A stretch of 48,701 bases of DNA from Kiritimatiellia bacterium (GCA_018384485.1 JAHBAE010000089.1:1-48701); one strand, 5' to 3'; shown: positions 26,414 through 36,387, counted from the stretch's first letter. Translations and numbers: made by a program. The notes: generated by a model from the letters alone, not told the origin.

Positions 26414-28204
26414 TTACTTCGCAAACTTATAGAGCTCGCGCTTGTGGTAGTCTGTGTGGAGGAGGTGTTCAGCCTTCTCGCTGCCAGGCTCGTCAAGGTA
26501 GTTCTTGTAGAGCGCCTGAACTTCAGGGTTGAGGTGCGACATGCGGATCGTAGACCTCTCATCGTCGGTGTAGAGGCCTGCGGTGCGAGCTGCTCGGACT
26601 TCGTCCGTCGCGAGGCAGGGCTGACCGCCGCCGCCGACGCAACCACCGCGGCACGCCATAACTTCGATGAAGTCATACCTAGGCTTGACGCCGTTCTTCA
26701 AGTCCTCGCGCACTTCATTCAAGACCTTCTCGACATTGCTCATCTGGTGGGCAACGGCGATATTGACGGCTGTGCCGTTGATATCGATTGTCGCAGTCTT
26801 GACGCCGTCCATTCCGCGAACCGCGGTGAACTCGATCGCCGGAGGCTGAGCCTCCTTGGTGATGAGGCAGTATGCCGTGCGCAGCGCCGCTTCCATAACG
26901 CCGCCCGTAACACCGAAGATGGTGCCTGCGCCCGAGTAGGAACCGAGCAAATCGTCGGCGGGCTCTTCGGGAAGGGACATGAAGTCGATGCCGGCGGCCT
27001 TGATCATACGGGCAAGCTCACGCGTGGTGAGAACGACGTCCGTATCCTGGCAACCCGTGGACTTCATGTGCTCGTCGCGGGTGATTTCGTACTTCTTGGC
27101 CGTGCAGGGCATGATGGAAGTTACATGCACCTTGTCGCATGCAAGCCCATTCTTTTCAGCCCAGTATGATTTCGCAAGAGCGCTGAGCATCTGCTGCGGA
27201 GACTTCGCTGACGAGAAGTTCTCGGTGAAATCAGGCGCATACTTTTCCATCCAGTCTGTCCATGCAGGGCAGCAGGATGTGATGAGCGGGAGCTTTCCTC
27301 CCTTCGTGAAGCGCTTGATGAACTCCGTGCCTTCTTCCATGATTGTGACGTCGGCGGAGAAGTTGGTGTCAAACACCTTGTTGAACCCGAGACGGCGAAG
27401 CGCCGCATAGATCTTGCCGGTGGAAAGCTCGCCCGGCTTCATGCCGAACGCCTCACCGAGAGCTACGCGCACAGCAGGAGCGATCTGCACGAGGCAAGTC
27501 TTCTCTTCGTCGCGGAGCGCATCCCAGACCTTGTCCGTTTCATCCTTCTCGTAAATCGCACCGACGGGGCAGTGCGCGGAGCACTGACCGCACTTGATGC
27601 AGGGAGATTCAGCAAGCTTGACATCGGCTGCGGGAGCCATCACCGTCTTTTCGCCTCGCCCGATAAATTCAAGCGCCCAGACGTTCTGCATCTGTTGGCA
27701 CACTTCAGCGCAACGGCCGCACTTGATGCACTTGTCAGGGTTGAGGACGAGCGAAGGCGTGGAGGTGTCGTTCTCGCGGTGGTTGATTTCCTTCGGGAAC
27801 GGGACATCGCGGATTCCGAAATCGGCGGCGATGTTCTGAAGTTCGCAGCGGCCGGAACGCGGGCACTGCAAGCAGTCGTTCGGATGGTTCGAGAGGATGA
27901 GTTCAAGAACGGTACGACGGACCTGGACGATATCAGGATCGTGCGTGACGATCTTCATTCCTTCCACAGCCTCAGTGCAGCAGGCGCGCAGGAGCTTGGG
28001 GCTCGGAACGAACTTGCCCGGCTCGGTGCGACTGGGAACTAGCTGCCTTACAACGCAGATGCCGCAGCTTGCGCCGGGCTTGAGGTCAGGGTGGTAGCAG
28101 AGTGTTGGAATCTTTATGTTGGCTTTGCTTGCGGCCTGGAGAAGGTTCGAACCCTTCTCCACTTCAACCGCGACGCCGTTAACTTCGAGTTTGATCATTT
28201 CCAT
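26414..28204 (-). CDS. hndD: [FeFe]-hydrogenase catalytic subunit (group A, HndD/HydA)
   Basis: H-cluster motifs TSCCPAW, MPCTAKKYE and EVMACRGGCVGGGGQP. N-terminal 2Fe-2S, HxxxCxxC and 2x[4Fe-4S] motifs. Confidence 0.96.
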   Translation of the reverse strand: MEMIKLEVNGVAVEVEKGSNLLQAASKANIKIPTLCYHPDLKPGASCGICVVRQLVPSRTEPGKFVPSPKLLRACCTEAVEGMKIVTHDPDIVQVRRTVLELILSNHPNDCLQCPRSGRCELQNIAADFGIRDVPFPKEINHRENDTSTPSLVLNPDKCIKCGRCAEVCQQMQNVWALEFIGRGEKTVMAPAADVKLAESPCIKCGQCSAHCPVGAIYEKDETDKVWDALRDEEKTCLVQIAPAVRVALGEAFGMKPGELSTGKIYAALRRLGFNKVFDTNFSADVTIMEEGTEFIKRFTKGGKLPLITSCCPAWTDWMEKYAPDFTENFSSAKSPQQMLSALAKSYWAEKNGLACDKVHVTSIMPCTAKKYEITRDEHMKSTGCQDTDVVLTTRELARMIKAAGIDFMSLPEEPADDLLGSYSGAGTIFGVTGGVMEAALRTAYCLITKEAQPPAIEFTAVRGMDGVKTATIDINGTAVNIAVAHQMSNVEKVLNEVREDLKNGVKPRYDFIEVMACRGGCVGGGGQPCLATDEVRAARTAGLYTDDERSTIRMSHLNPEVQALYKNYLDEPGSEKAEHLLHTDYHKRELYKFAK

Positions 28205-28227
28205 GATGAATTCTTTCCTTTCCCGGT

Positions 28228-30015
28228 TTAGCCGTGGCTGATGGCGCCGAACTTACACGCCGCTTCGCACGCACCGCACTTGATGCACTTCTGCGTGTCA
28301 ATGACGTGAGGCTGTTTGACCGTACCTGTAATCGCGTTTGCCGGACACTTGCGGGCGCAGAGTGTGCAGCCCTTGCACTTTTCGGCGTCGATCTTGTACT
28401 GGACGAGCTTTGAGCACTTGCCAGAGCGGCACTTCTTGTCATTGATGTGCTCGAGGTACTCATCCTTAAAGTACCTGAGCGTGGATTTGACAGGGTTAGA
28501 TGCCGTCTGCCCAAGGCCGCAGAGCGAAGCCTTGCACATTGAGTCGGAGATTGCCTCAAGCTGCTTGATGTCGTCTTCAACACCGCGACCTTCGGAAATC
28601 TTATTGAGATAGTTGAGAAGCTTTCTGCCTCCGATGCGGCAGGGAGCGCACTTTCCGCAGCTTTCATCAACCGTGAAGTCGAGGTAGAACTTGGCGATGT
28701 CAACAACGCAGTCCGTCTCGTCCATGACGATAAGGCCGCCAGAGCCCATGATTGAGCCGATTTTGGCGAGAGACTCAAAGTCAATGGCGGTGTCGAGGAA
28801 CTGAGGCGGAATGATGCCGCCGGAAGGTCCGCCCGTCTGAGCCGCCTTGAACTTGTGTCCGCCGCGGATGCCGCCGCCGATATCGAAGATGATCTCGCGG
28901 AGCGTTGTTCCCATGGGGACCTCGATGAGGCCGGAGTTGTTCACCTTACCGGTAAGAGCGAAGACCTTTGTTCCCTTCGTCGTCGCGGTGCCGATCTTGT
29001 TGAACCAGTCGGCGCCCTTGTTGATGATGACGGGAATGTTGGCGAGAGTTTCAACGTTGTTGATTACCGTCGGGCAGCCCCAGAGACCCTTTACGGCCGG
29101 GAACGGAGGACGGGGCTTCGGCATTCCGCGGTTGCCTTCGATCGACTGGAGAAGGGCTGTTTCTTCACCGCAGACGAACGCACCTGCACCGAGCCTGAGC
29201 TCAATATCGAAATCGTGCTCGGAGCCGAGAATCTTTTCGCCGAGAAGCCCGTACTCGCGAGCCTGCTTGATGGCGAGCTCAAGACGGTGAATGGCGAGAG
29301 GATACTCCGCACGAATGTAGATGTAGCCCTTGTTTGCGCCGATCGCGTAGCCGGCGATGATCATGGCTTCGAGAATCGAGTGGGGGTCGCCTTCGAGAGT
29401 GGAGCGGTCCATATATGCGCCGGGGTCGCCTTCGTCGGCATTGCAAACCATGTACTTCTGACCCTTGGGCTGCGCCTGGGCGAACTTCCACTTCATACCT
29501 GTGGGGAAGCCCGCACCGCCGCGGCCGCGAAGCCCGGACTTGAGGATTTCTTCAACGACCTGCTCGGGCGTCATCTCGAAGAGAACCTTCTCGATCGCCT
29601 TGTAACCATCGCGTGCGATGTAGTCTTCGATCTTTTCAGGGTCGATCACGCCGCAGTTTCTAAGGACGATGCGGTACTGCTTCTGGTAGAACGGAATGTT
29701 TGCCTCGGCGACGTGATTCTTCGCCTGCGCAGGATCGTAGCAAAGGCGCTGAACAACGCGGCCCTTGATGAGGTGCTCGTTGACGATTTCCTTGACGTCA
29801 TCGGCCTTCACCTGCACGTAGAACGTGCCCTGAGGAAGCACCTTGACGATCGGCCCTTGTTCGCAGAAGCCCAAGCATCCCGTAGCGACTACCTGCACCT
29901 TTTCGGTAAGGCCGGCATCCGCGAGCTGCTTTTTAAACTCTTCAATGATTTTGTCGCCGCCGCCAGAGAAACACGCCGTGCCTCCGCAAACGAGGATATA
30001 AGATTCGTAAGCCAT
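28228..30015 (-). CDS. hndC: NuoF-like flavin/NAD(P)H-binding hydrogenase subunit (HndC/HydB)
   Basis: GLRGRGGAGFPTG, CNADEGDPG, GAFVCGEETAL, ESCGKCAPCRIG and C-terminal 2x[4Fe-4S]. Confidence 0.95.
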   Translation of the reverse strand: MAYESYILVCGGTACFSGGGDKIIEEFKKQLADAGLTEKVQVVATGCLGFCEQGPIVKVLPQGTFYVQVKADDVKEIVNEHLIKGRVVQRLCYDPAQAKNHVAEANIPFYQKQYRIVLRNCGVIDPEKIEDYIARDGYKAIEKVLFEMTPEQVVEEILKSGLRGRGGAGFPTGMKWKFAQAQPKGQKYMVCNADEGDPGAYMDRSTLEGDPHSILEAMIIAGYAIGANKGYIYIRAEYPLAIHRLELAIKQAREYGLLGEKILGSEHDFDIELRLGAGAFVCGEETALLQSIEGNRGMPKPRPPFPAVKGLWGCPTVINNVETLANIPVIINKGADWFNKIGTATTKGTKVFALTGKVNNSGLIEVPMGTTLREIIFDIGGGIRGGHKFKAAQTGGPSGGIIPPQFLDTAIDFESLAKIGSIMGSGGLIVMDETDCVVDIAKFYLDFTVDESCGKCAPCRIGGRKLLNYLNKISEGRGVEDDIKQLEAISDSMCKASLCGLGQTASNPVKSTLRYFKDEYLEHINDKKCRSGKCSKLVQYKIDAEKCKGCTLCARKCPANAITGTVKQPHVIDTQKCIKCGACEAACKFGAISHG

Positions 30016-30020
30016 GGTTC

Positions 30021-30422
30021 TTAATTCTCCTTGATGATGTCGATGGAAGGCTTATCGCATATCTTCGCGTCGACGAGTTCTTTGCCGATGATGTGCTTTT
30101 CAACGATTTCCTTCGCTGTCGCCGCATCGACCTTTCCGTAGATGACGGCAGGCATTCCGGGCGCTACGACTTCGACCGTAGGTTCGGAGTGGCAAAGACC
30201 CATGCAGCCTGTCTGGCGTACGAGCACGTTTGTAAGCCCTTTTTCTGTGAGGGTATCGAGAAGGGCGGAGAAAGTCTCCTTCGCGCCCGCGGCGATGCCG
30301 CAAGTTCCCATTCCGACGATAACCTGGATATCCTTATTGGCGCTGTCGCGCATTTCCATCGCCTTCTGCTTCGCTTCTCGCATGCGGCGAAGGTCTTCCA
30401 AAGTCATTTTAGCCATTTTCAT
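30021..30422 (-). CDS. hndB: thioredoxin-like [2Fe-2S] ferredoxin subunit (HndB/HydD)
   Basis: VGMGTCGIAAGA and TGCMGLCHSEP. Confidence 0.9.
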   Translation of the reverse strand: MKMAKMTLEDLRRMREAKQKAMEMRDSANKDIQVIVGMGTCGIAAGAKETFSALLDTLTEKGLTNVLVRQTGCMGLCHSEPTVEVVAPGMPAVIYGKVDAATAKEIVEKHIIGKELVDAKICDKPSIDIIKEN

Positions 30423-30437
30423 TACCTCCTAAAATAA

Positions 30438-30917
30438 TTAACCGAGTTCGCGGTACTTGGCGATGATGCCTGCGACATCCTTCGTCGTAAGCTTGCCGTG
30501 GACTTCGCCGTTGATAACTGCCGCCGGCGCAAGACCGCAGCAGCCGATGCAACGGACGGCTTCAATTGAGAAGAGTCCGTCGGCCGTCGTTCCGTTGACG
30601 CCGATGCCGAGCTGCTTTTCGAATTCCTTAATCACATCGTCGCCGCCGCGCAGATAGCACGCTGTTCCGAGACAGACCTGGATGATGTACTTTCCGGCCT
30701 TCTGGAGTTTGAAGAAATTATAGAACGTCACCACTCCGTAAATCTTCGCGAGAGGCACATCAAGAAGTTTAGACGTCTCGATGGCGACATCGCGCGGAAT
30801 GTAGCCGTATGTCTGCTGCACCTTGTGGAGAACCATAATCAGGTTCCCTGGTTTTGATTTCCATTCTTCGATGAACGCCCTTATTTCCGGCGTCATCTGC
30901 TCTGTTGTTCCGTTCAC
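30438..30917 (-). CDS. hndA: NuoE-like [2Fe-2S] subunit (HndA/HydC)
   Basis: VCLGTACYLRG, RCIGCCGLAP and YGVVTFY. Confidence 0.93.
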   Translation of the reverse strand: MNGTTEQMTPEIRAFIEEWKSKPGNLIMVLHKVQQTYGYIPRDVAIETSKLLDVPLAKIYGVVTFYNFFKLQKAGKYIIQVCLGTACYLRGGDDVIKEFEKQLGIGVNGTTADGLFSIEAVRCIGCCGLAPAAVINGEVHGKLTTKDVAGIIAKYRELG

Positions 30918-31990
30918 TGGACTTCTCCTTTCTGGATGTTACACATTGGTTTTGAATTTTCCCCTTTGGACAACATAAAGGTGCACATCACCGTAGTGCC
31001 CGTGGGGATTTTTGATTTTATGTCAAAAGTGTCGGCGACGCGCTTGGAATTTGACAGCCCCATTCCAGCGCCGAAGCCCATGGAGCGAATCCAATCGTTC
31101 GCGGTGGATGTGCCGTCTTGGCATGCCCATTCCACATCCTCAATTCCAGGCCCGCTATCTTTCGCTACAATCGTGGCTTTTTCCGTGTCGAGAATGAATG
31201 TTATTGTGCCGCCTACGGAATGGATGCAGATGTTGATTTCGAGTTCATACGCGGCAACAGCAACGCGGCGGATGAGTTTTTTATCGACGCCTGCGTCTGA
31301 AAGCATTTTCTTAATCTCGTTAGCCGCCTTCCCGGCGTGGGAGAGATCGTTGCGCACTACGACGAACTGGCGCATCGAATAGTAAGGAAGGGCACCTTCG
31401 CTTTTCGCGGGCTCTGAAGTTTTTCCGATATCTGCTTTTCCCTCAAGGCGCGAAAGCTCATCCGTAAGCTCCTTCATCAGAACTCGCATAACGTCGCGCT
31501 GCGAGACGATGCCAACGAGGTCGCGGTCTTTGTTCAAGACGGGGAACCTGCCGAAAGTGTAGTTTTCAAAATATTTGATGGCGAACGCCAGCGGCATATC
31601 CTCTTCAAGCACAATGAGATTCGTTGCCATGTGCTGCTGGCAGGAGTCTTCAATCCAGCCGCCTTCAAGGGCGCGAATGATGTCGTTTACGGAGAGGATG
31701 CCGAAAAGCCTCTTGTTCTCAAGAACAGGCACGCCCGAGATATTGTTGCGCTTCATCAAGTTCTGGGCGAAGCGCATAGAATCGGTCCTAACGACGGAGA
31801 TGATATTCCTTGAGCGCATCACGTCTTTGACGCGAAGGCGCTGCAGGAGCTCCATGATGACGAGCGGAGAATCTTCCGCTCCAGGAAGGGTGGGCCCCGA
31901 TACGCGCCGGACAGATTTATTGTGGGCGGCGATTATCTGATCATCGCTGCGCGTGTCCCCTCCTGTGAGTATCGTGGGTCTGTATTCCAT
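30914..31990 (-). CDS. CBS-pair fused to an RsbT/RsbW-like (HATPase_c) Ser/Thr kinase
   Basis: CBS motifs (ISGVPV, GRFPV..LVGIVS..D), then YELEINICIH, D.GPGI and GFGAGMGLSN.KR..D.F. Confidence 0.85.
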   Translation of the reverse strand: MEYRPTILTGGDTRSDDQIIAAHNKSVRRVSGPTLPGAEDSPLVIMELLQRLRVKDVMRSRNIISVVRTDSMRFAQNLMKRNNISGVPVLENKRLFGILSVNDIIRALEGGWIEDSCQQHMATNLIVLEEDMPLAFAIKYFENYTFGRFPVLNKDRDLVGIVSQRDVMRVLMKELTDELSRLEGKADIGKTSEPAKSEGALPYYSMRQFVVVRNDLSHAGKAANEIKKMLSDAGVDKKLIRRVAVAAYELEINICIHSVGGTITFILDTEKATIVAKDSGPGIEDVEWACQDGTSTANDWIRSMGFGAGMGLSNSKRVADTFDIKSKIPTGTTVMCTFMLSKGENSKPMCNIQKGEVQ

Positions 31991-32325
31991 TATTCCTTGG
32001 AGAGGAACTCATGCACCCTAATGCAGCTTTCGTATTTACTCAGCGGCGAGGAGACTAAGGGGATTCCAAGCGTATCAGCCACCTGGCACATCGTCTGCGG
32101 GAGTGGCTTTGCATTATGCACCACAACGCACATCGCTCCTACAATATTCGCCGTGCGAATCGCTTGGTCGGAAGCGAGCGATGTGAGCAGAAGAATGTCA
32201 TCGGCATCGTTCAGCAATACATCACTCATAAGGTCGTTCGCAACGACCGCTCCTACTGTGCGGGTTGAATTTCCACCGGCTACGAGAGTGCCGTCGAGAA
32301 CCTGGACAATGTCTGAGATATTCAT
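31990..32325 (-). CDS. stand-alone DRTGG-domain protein
   Basis: M.ISDIV..L.G..V, DLMSDVL, LLLTSL...QAIRTA and A...GIPLV. Confidence 0.82.
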   Translation of the reverse strand: MNISDIVQVLDGTLVAGGNSTRTVGAVVANDLMSDVLLNDADDILLLTSLASDQAIRTANIVGAMCVVVHNAKPLPQTMCQVADTLGIPLVSSPLSKYESCIRVHEFLSKE

Positions 32326-32384
32326 AATTTATAGTATAACATATTTTAGGCCTTTAGGTGTTGTAATTTTGGTATAATATGCCT
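32326..32384. promoter_or_regulatory. back-to-back extended -10 promoters
   Basis: Minus strand TGtTATACT (32341-32333) lies 7 nt before ATG 32325. Plus strand TGgTATAAT (32370-32378) lies 6 nt before ATG 32385. Confidence 0.7.
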
Positions 32385-33113
32385 ATGAGATTTGACCTTC
32401 ATATGCATTCGTGTCTTTCGCCGTGCGCTTCTCTGTCCATGTCGCCTGGCGAGATCGTTTCCCGCGTCAAGGCTGCGGGGCTTGGAGGTTTCGTTCTTTC
32501 CGACCATCAATCTGCGCGAAATACTCCAGCTGTAGCGGAATGTGCAAGGAAGGCCGGTATCGGTTTTTTGCCGGGACTTGAGGTGCAGACGGCCGAAGAA
32601 GTACATACATTATGCATCTTTGATACTGTCGAGGCGGCACTCAAAATGACTGATTGGGTCTACGAGGCCATGCCCAAGCGCGTGAACGACTCTGAAACGT
32701 TCGGCGATCAGCCTGTCGTAACATGGGATGACGATATTATAGATATGGAATGGCGCATTCTTGCCATGGGCTGCCGCAGAACCATTCCTGAGACATCTGC
32801 GAAAGTTCATGAGCTTGGCGGGTTGTATATAGCAGCTCATGTTGATAGGCCCAACTATTCCGTTTTCAGCGGTTTAGGTGCGATTCCCGATGGGTGCTTT
32901 GATGCCGTAGAGTTTTCGCGCACGGCAGATGAGCAAATTTACCTTCCTAAAGTGGAAGGATATACCGTTACGCGCTCATCAGATGCGCACAATTTGGATG
33001 ATGTCGCAAAAGTATGGTCTGAAGCTGAAATTTCGCAATTTAACGTTTCCTCTTTGAAGGAAGTTTTTCAGAATAAGACCGTTCTGATTTCGCCGCGTTT
33101 AACAGCGTTTTAA
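32385..33113 (+). CDS. PHP-domain metal-dependent phosphoesterase
   Basis: DLHMHSCLSPC, LSDH, GLEVQTAEEVH, AHVDR and SSDAH. Alternative start at 32379. Confidence 0.9.
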   Translation: MRFDLHMHSCLSPCASLSMSPGEIVSRVKAAGLGGFVLSDHQSARNTPAVAECARKAGIGFLPGLEVQTAEEVHTLCIFDTVEAALKMTDWVYEAMPKRVNDSETFGDQPVVTWDDDIIDMEWRILAMGCRRTIPETSAKVHELGGLYIAAHVDRPNYSVFSGLGAIPDGCFDAVEFSRTADEQIYLPKVEGYTVTRSSDAHNLDDVAKVWSEAEISQFNVSSLKEVFQNKTVLISPRLTAF

Positions 33114-33126
33114 ATAGGTAAATAAT

Positions 33127-33462
33127 ATGAAATTTAATGAATTAGTGGAAAAACTGCAAGCTACAGTTGTTGTCCCGAATGAGGATGCTGAAATCACATC
33201 CGCGTATACGGGAGATCTTCTTTCAGATGTAATGGGGCATTGCGGCGACAGTTCCGTGTTGATTACAGTTCAAAACCATCTCAATGCAGTTGCCGTTTGC
33301 ACGCTTGCAGGCGTGGAGGTGGTTGTAATCTGCCATTCCCGTCCCGTCCCCGACGATATGCGCGAGGCGGCAGAGCGCGAGGGCGTGGGGATTGTTACAA
33401 CGCCATTGTCGCAGTTTGCCTGTTCCGTTGCTCTTTCGTCACTTCAACCCTCGTCAAAGTAG
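33127..33462 (+). CDS. second stand-alone DRTGG-like protein
   Basis: AYTGDLLSDVM, VLITVQ.H.NAVAV and A.REGV.I. Confidence 0.82.
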   Translation: MKFNELVEKLQATVVVPNEDAEITSAYTGDLLSDVMGHCGDSSVLITVQNHLNAVAVCTLAGVEVVVICHSRPVPDDMREAAEREGVGIVTTPLSQFACSVALSSLQPSSK

Positions 33463-33490
33463 TTTCAAGATTTGGTATAATATTCCGCTA

Positions 33491-35407
33491 ATGGAAAAGG
33501 GCATTACAGATTCTACTGTAGAGGAGATAAAGCAGAGGATTGATTTGGCAGATCTTATTGCTTCCTACGGCATTGCGATAAGGTCTACGGGAGCGTCCAA
33601 AAAAGCTTGCTGCCCTTTTCATAACGAAAAGACTCCCTCGTTCAACATCAATGATTCGCGCGGCTATTACCACTGCTTCGGCTGTGGCGAATCGGGTGAT
33701 GCAATAAAGTTTGTCCAAAAGATGGATGGGCTTACATTTGTTGAGGCCGTCAAGAAGCTCGCCTCGCAATGCGGCGTGGAAATAAAGGAGAAGGAAGACC
33801 CTCTTGCGGGCAGGCGCAAACGCCTTTATGCTCTTATGGCGGAGTTGGCGGCATTTTACCGCAGGTGTCTCCAAAAGACCAAGGAGGCTTCTTTAGCGCG
33901 CGATTATCTTGCAGGTCGTGATATTAGCGAAGAAGTGCAGGAGGAATGGACGATCGGCTACGCGCCGGTGGGGGCGGCTAATATTCGCAAATGGGCTGAG
34001 AAGCATTCCTTTACAGACGCCGAGCTTGAGGAGGCAGGCGTCATCCGTGCGCCTACGCGGCCGGGGGATGCGGGGTATCATCGCTTCGGCGGGCGGCTTA
34101 TGTTCACCATTCGCGACAAGCAAGGGCGGGTGGTTGGTTTTTCAGGCCGTCAACTTGTGGAAGATAAGCGTTCTGGCAAATACGTAAATTCGCCCGAGAC
34201 TACCATTTTCAAAAAATCTTCTGTTCTTTTCGGTTTCGACAAGGCTTCTGTGCAAATAGCGAAATCTCCTCGTCACGAGGTGATAGTATGCGAAGGGCAG
34301 ATAGATTGCATCCGCCTTCATTCGGCAGGGTTTACTACTGCTGTGGCAGGTCAAGGCACCGCTTTTACCGAAGAGCATGTGAAGATGCTCAAGCGCGTGA
34401 CCGACTCCGCAGTGCTCGTCTACGATGATGACGCCGCGGGCTCAAAGGCGGCGGTAAAGTCGGCAAGGCTGCTTCTTGCATCGGAAATACCGGTTAGAGT
34501 CGTATCCCTTCCGGGCGGCAATGATCCCGACTCCTTTTTAAGGACGCATTCTGCCGATGATTTCGCCTCGCTTCTCGAAAAGGCGGAATCGATAGTCTCA
34601 TTCCAAGTGCGTGCGGAGCGCGCAAAGGAGACGAACCCAGAAGGGATGGATGCGGTAAACAGAGTTTTCCGCGCTTTGATAGAAACTATTGCTTCTTCCA
34701 CGAATGCCGTCCTGAGAGCCTCAATGGTTTCGGAATGCGCAAAGCTGCTTAATATTCCAGAAGCCGCGCTTTCGGAGGAGCTTGAGAAATTCCGCGCCGC
34801 CGCGCCGGCGCGCAAGAATCTTCCTCATAAGGCCGAAGAGGAAATAGTCGAGGAAAAGCCGCAAGAGGTGCAAGCGCCTACACCCATAAAGGGTGAGGAT
34901 GCGTCTAAGGTGATACCGCCCCCGCCTCTTGAAATCGCGTTTTGCGCTTTTCTTCTTGAAAATGAGATTTCTGCCGACAGGGGCAAGATAGAAGTGATGC
35001 TCAAAGATTTTGTTCCCCTTGAGTGCTTTTCGCATCCGTTTACCGTTTCGTTCGTAGAAATGTGGAAGAAATCTGCGCAATCGGAAGAAGATGTATTCTC
35101 CGCGTGGAGTGAAGCTCTTTCCGGCGAGGAGAGATGCATTCTCGACACTGTACTTGCCGAGCAGATTAAGGCGCAGGCGACTACGATGGAGATTGTGGAC
35201 GAAATGAAAGAGTTTGTCCGCAGACTTTGGCAGGAACATCTCAAGCGGCGGCGCGCCTCGCTTCCAGTATCGGCAGGAGAGGCGGCTGCGGCAAGAGAGA
35301 GAATTGAGCTTACCGTCGGCATAAAACGTGTGGCGGCGGCGAGGTGGCCAGATTTAAAGGTTATAATAAAAGGTCTAAAAGAGGCTTTTAACGATCAAAC
35401 TAAATAA
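33491..35407 (+). CDS. dnaG: DNA primase
   Basis: CPFHNEKTPSF zinc finger, CFGC, KYVNSPET, TOPRIM EG..D and YDDD.AG, DPD. ATG 33491 lies 9 nt after TGgTATAAT. Confidence 0.97.
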   Translation: MEKGITDSTVEEIKQRIDLADLIASYGIAIRSTGASKKACCPFHNEKTPSFNINDSRGYYHCFGCGESGDAIKFVQKMDGLTFVEAVKKLASQCGVEIKEKEDPLAGRRKRLYALMAELAAFYRRCLQKTKEASLARDYLAGRDISEEVQEEWTIGYAPVGAANIRKWAEKHSFTDAELEEAGVIRAPTRPGDAGYHRFGGRLMFTIRDKQGRVVGFSGRQLVEDKRSGKYVNSPETTIFKKSSVLFGFDKASVQIAKSPRHEVIVCEGQIDCIRLHSAGFTTAVAGQGTAFTEEHVKMLKRVTDSAVLVYDDDAAGSKAAVKSARLLLASEIPVRVVSLPGGNDPDSFLRTHSADDFASLLEKAESIVSFQVRAERAKETNPEGMDAVNRVFRALIETIASSTNAVLRASMVSECAKLLNIPEAALSEELEKFRAAAPARKNLPHKAEEEIVEEKPQEVQAPTPIKGEDASKVIPPPPLEIAFCAFLLENEISADRGKIEVMLKDFVPLECFSHPFTVSFVEMWKKSAQSEEDVFSAWSEALSGEERCILDTVLAEQIKAQATTMEIVDEMKEFVRRLWQEHLKRRRASLPVSAGEAAAARERIELTVGIKRVAAARWPDLKVIIKGLKEAFNDQTK

Positions 35408-35424
35408 AACGAAGGAGAATAAAG

Positions 35425-36387
35425 ATGGACTTGAAGGAAGCTACAAACAGGATCGCGGCGCAGGGAGAGCTTGTTTCTAAAATCCGCGAAGAAGTAGGTA
35501 AGGTCATCGTCGGGCAGGAGAAGCTTGTCGATAGGCTCATTCTTGCCATGGCTACCGGCGGGCATATTCTTCTTGAAGGTGTTCCCGGGCTTGCAAAGAC
35601 GCTCTCCGTAAACACACTTGCGAAGGTGCTTTCCCTTGATTCAAAGCGTATTTCTTTCACTCCCGATCTTCTTCCTGCCGATGTCGTCGGCACTCTCGTT
35701 TATTCGCCGAAGACAGGCGAGTTTTCGCCGAAGAAGGGGCCTGTTTTTACTAATCTCCTTCTTGCCGATGAAATAAACCGCGCTCCCGCAAAGGTGCAGT
35801 CGGCTCTCCTCGAAGCGATGCAGGAGAAGCAGGTTACGATAGGAGATGAGACGTATCCTCTTCCAAGTCCGTTCCTAGTTCTCGCTACTCAGAACCCGAT
35901 TGAGCAGGAAGGCACCTATCCGCTTCCCGAAGCTCAGGTTGACCGCTTTATGTTCAAGTGCCTCGTTGAAACGCCTTCAAAGGCGGATGAACGGCGCATC
36001 ATGCAGAGGTTTGCCAATTCTGCCGCTCTCCCCGAAGCGAAAGGCGTGTGCACTCTTGAGGACGTTAAGTGCCTGAAAGCGACTCTCGCCGATGTCTATT
36101 GCGATGAGAAGGTTGGCGATTACATTCTCGACATAGTATTCAAGACGCGAGAGAAAAACGCGATGATTCAAAACGGCGCGTCTCCGCGCGCGACTCTCGC
36201 CTTGAATCTCGCATCGAGGGGCAATGCTCTCCTTCACGCCCGCGCGTACGCAACGCCGCAAGATGTGAAAGAGGTTGTTCACGATGTTCTCCGCCACCGT
36301 ATTCTTCTTACGTATGAAGCGGAGGCGGAAGGCGTTACATCTGACGATGTGATAGATAAGATCCTTTCAGAAGTGCCCGTTCCGTAA
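35425..36387 (+). CDS. moxR: MoxR-family AAA+ ATPase
   Basis: LEGVPGLAKT, FTPDLLPAD, DEINRAPAKVQSALLEAM and LPEAQVDRF. Confidence 0.95.
   Translation: MDLKEATNRIAAQGELVSKIREEVGKVIVGQEKLVDRLILAMATGGHILLEGVPGLAKTLSVNTLAKVLSLDSKRISFTPDLLPADVVGTLVYSPKTGEFSPKKGPVFTNLLLADEINRAPAKVQSALLEAMQEKQVTIGDETYPLPSPFLVLATQNPIEQEGTYPLPEAQVDRFMFKCLVETPSKADERRIMQRFANSAALPEAKGVCTLEDVKCLKATLADVYCDEKVGDYILDIVFKTREKNAMIQNGASPRATLALNLASRGNALLHARAYATPQDVKEVVHDVLRHRILLTYEAEAEGVTSDDVIDKILSEVPVP

Noticed and set aside
28855-30024. 389-aa plus-strand ORF
   Set aside because: Antisense shadow of hndC.
32385-33113. PHP protein as the Wzc tyrosine phosphatase (CpsB-like)
   Set aside because: It lies about 10 kb from the EPS locus, and the HSCLSPC motif and DRTGG neighbours fit the hydrogenase-associated PHP type.
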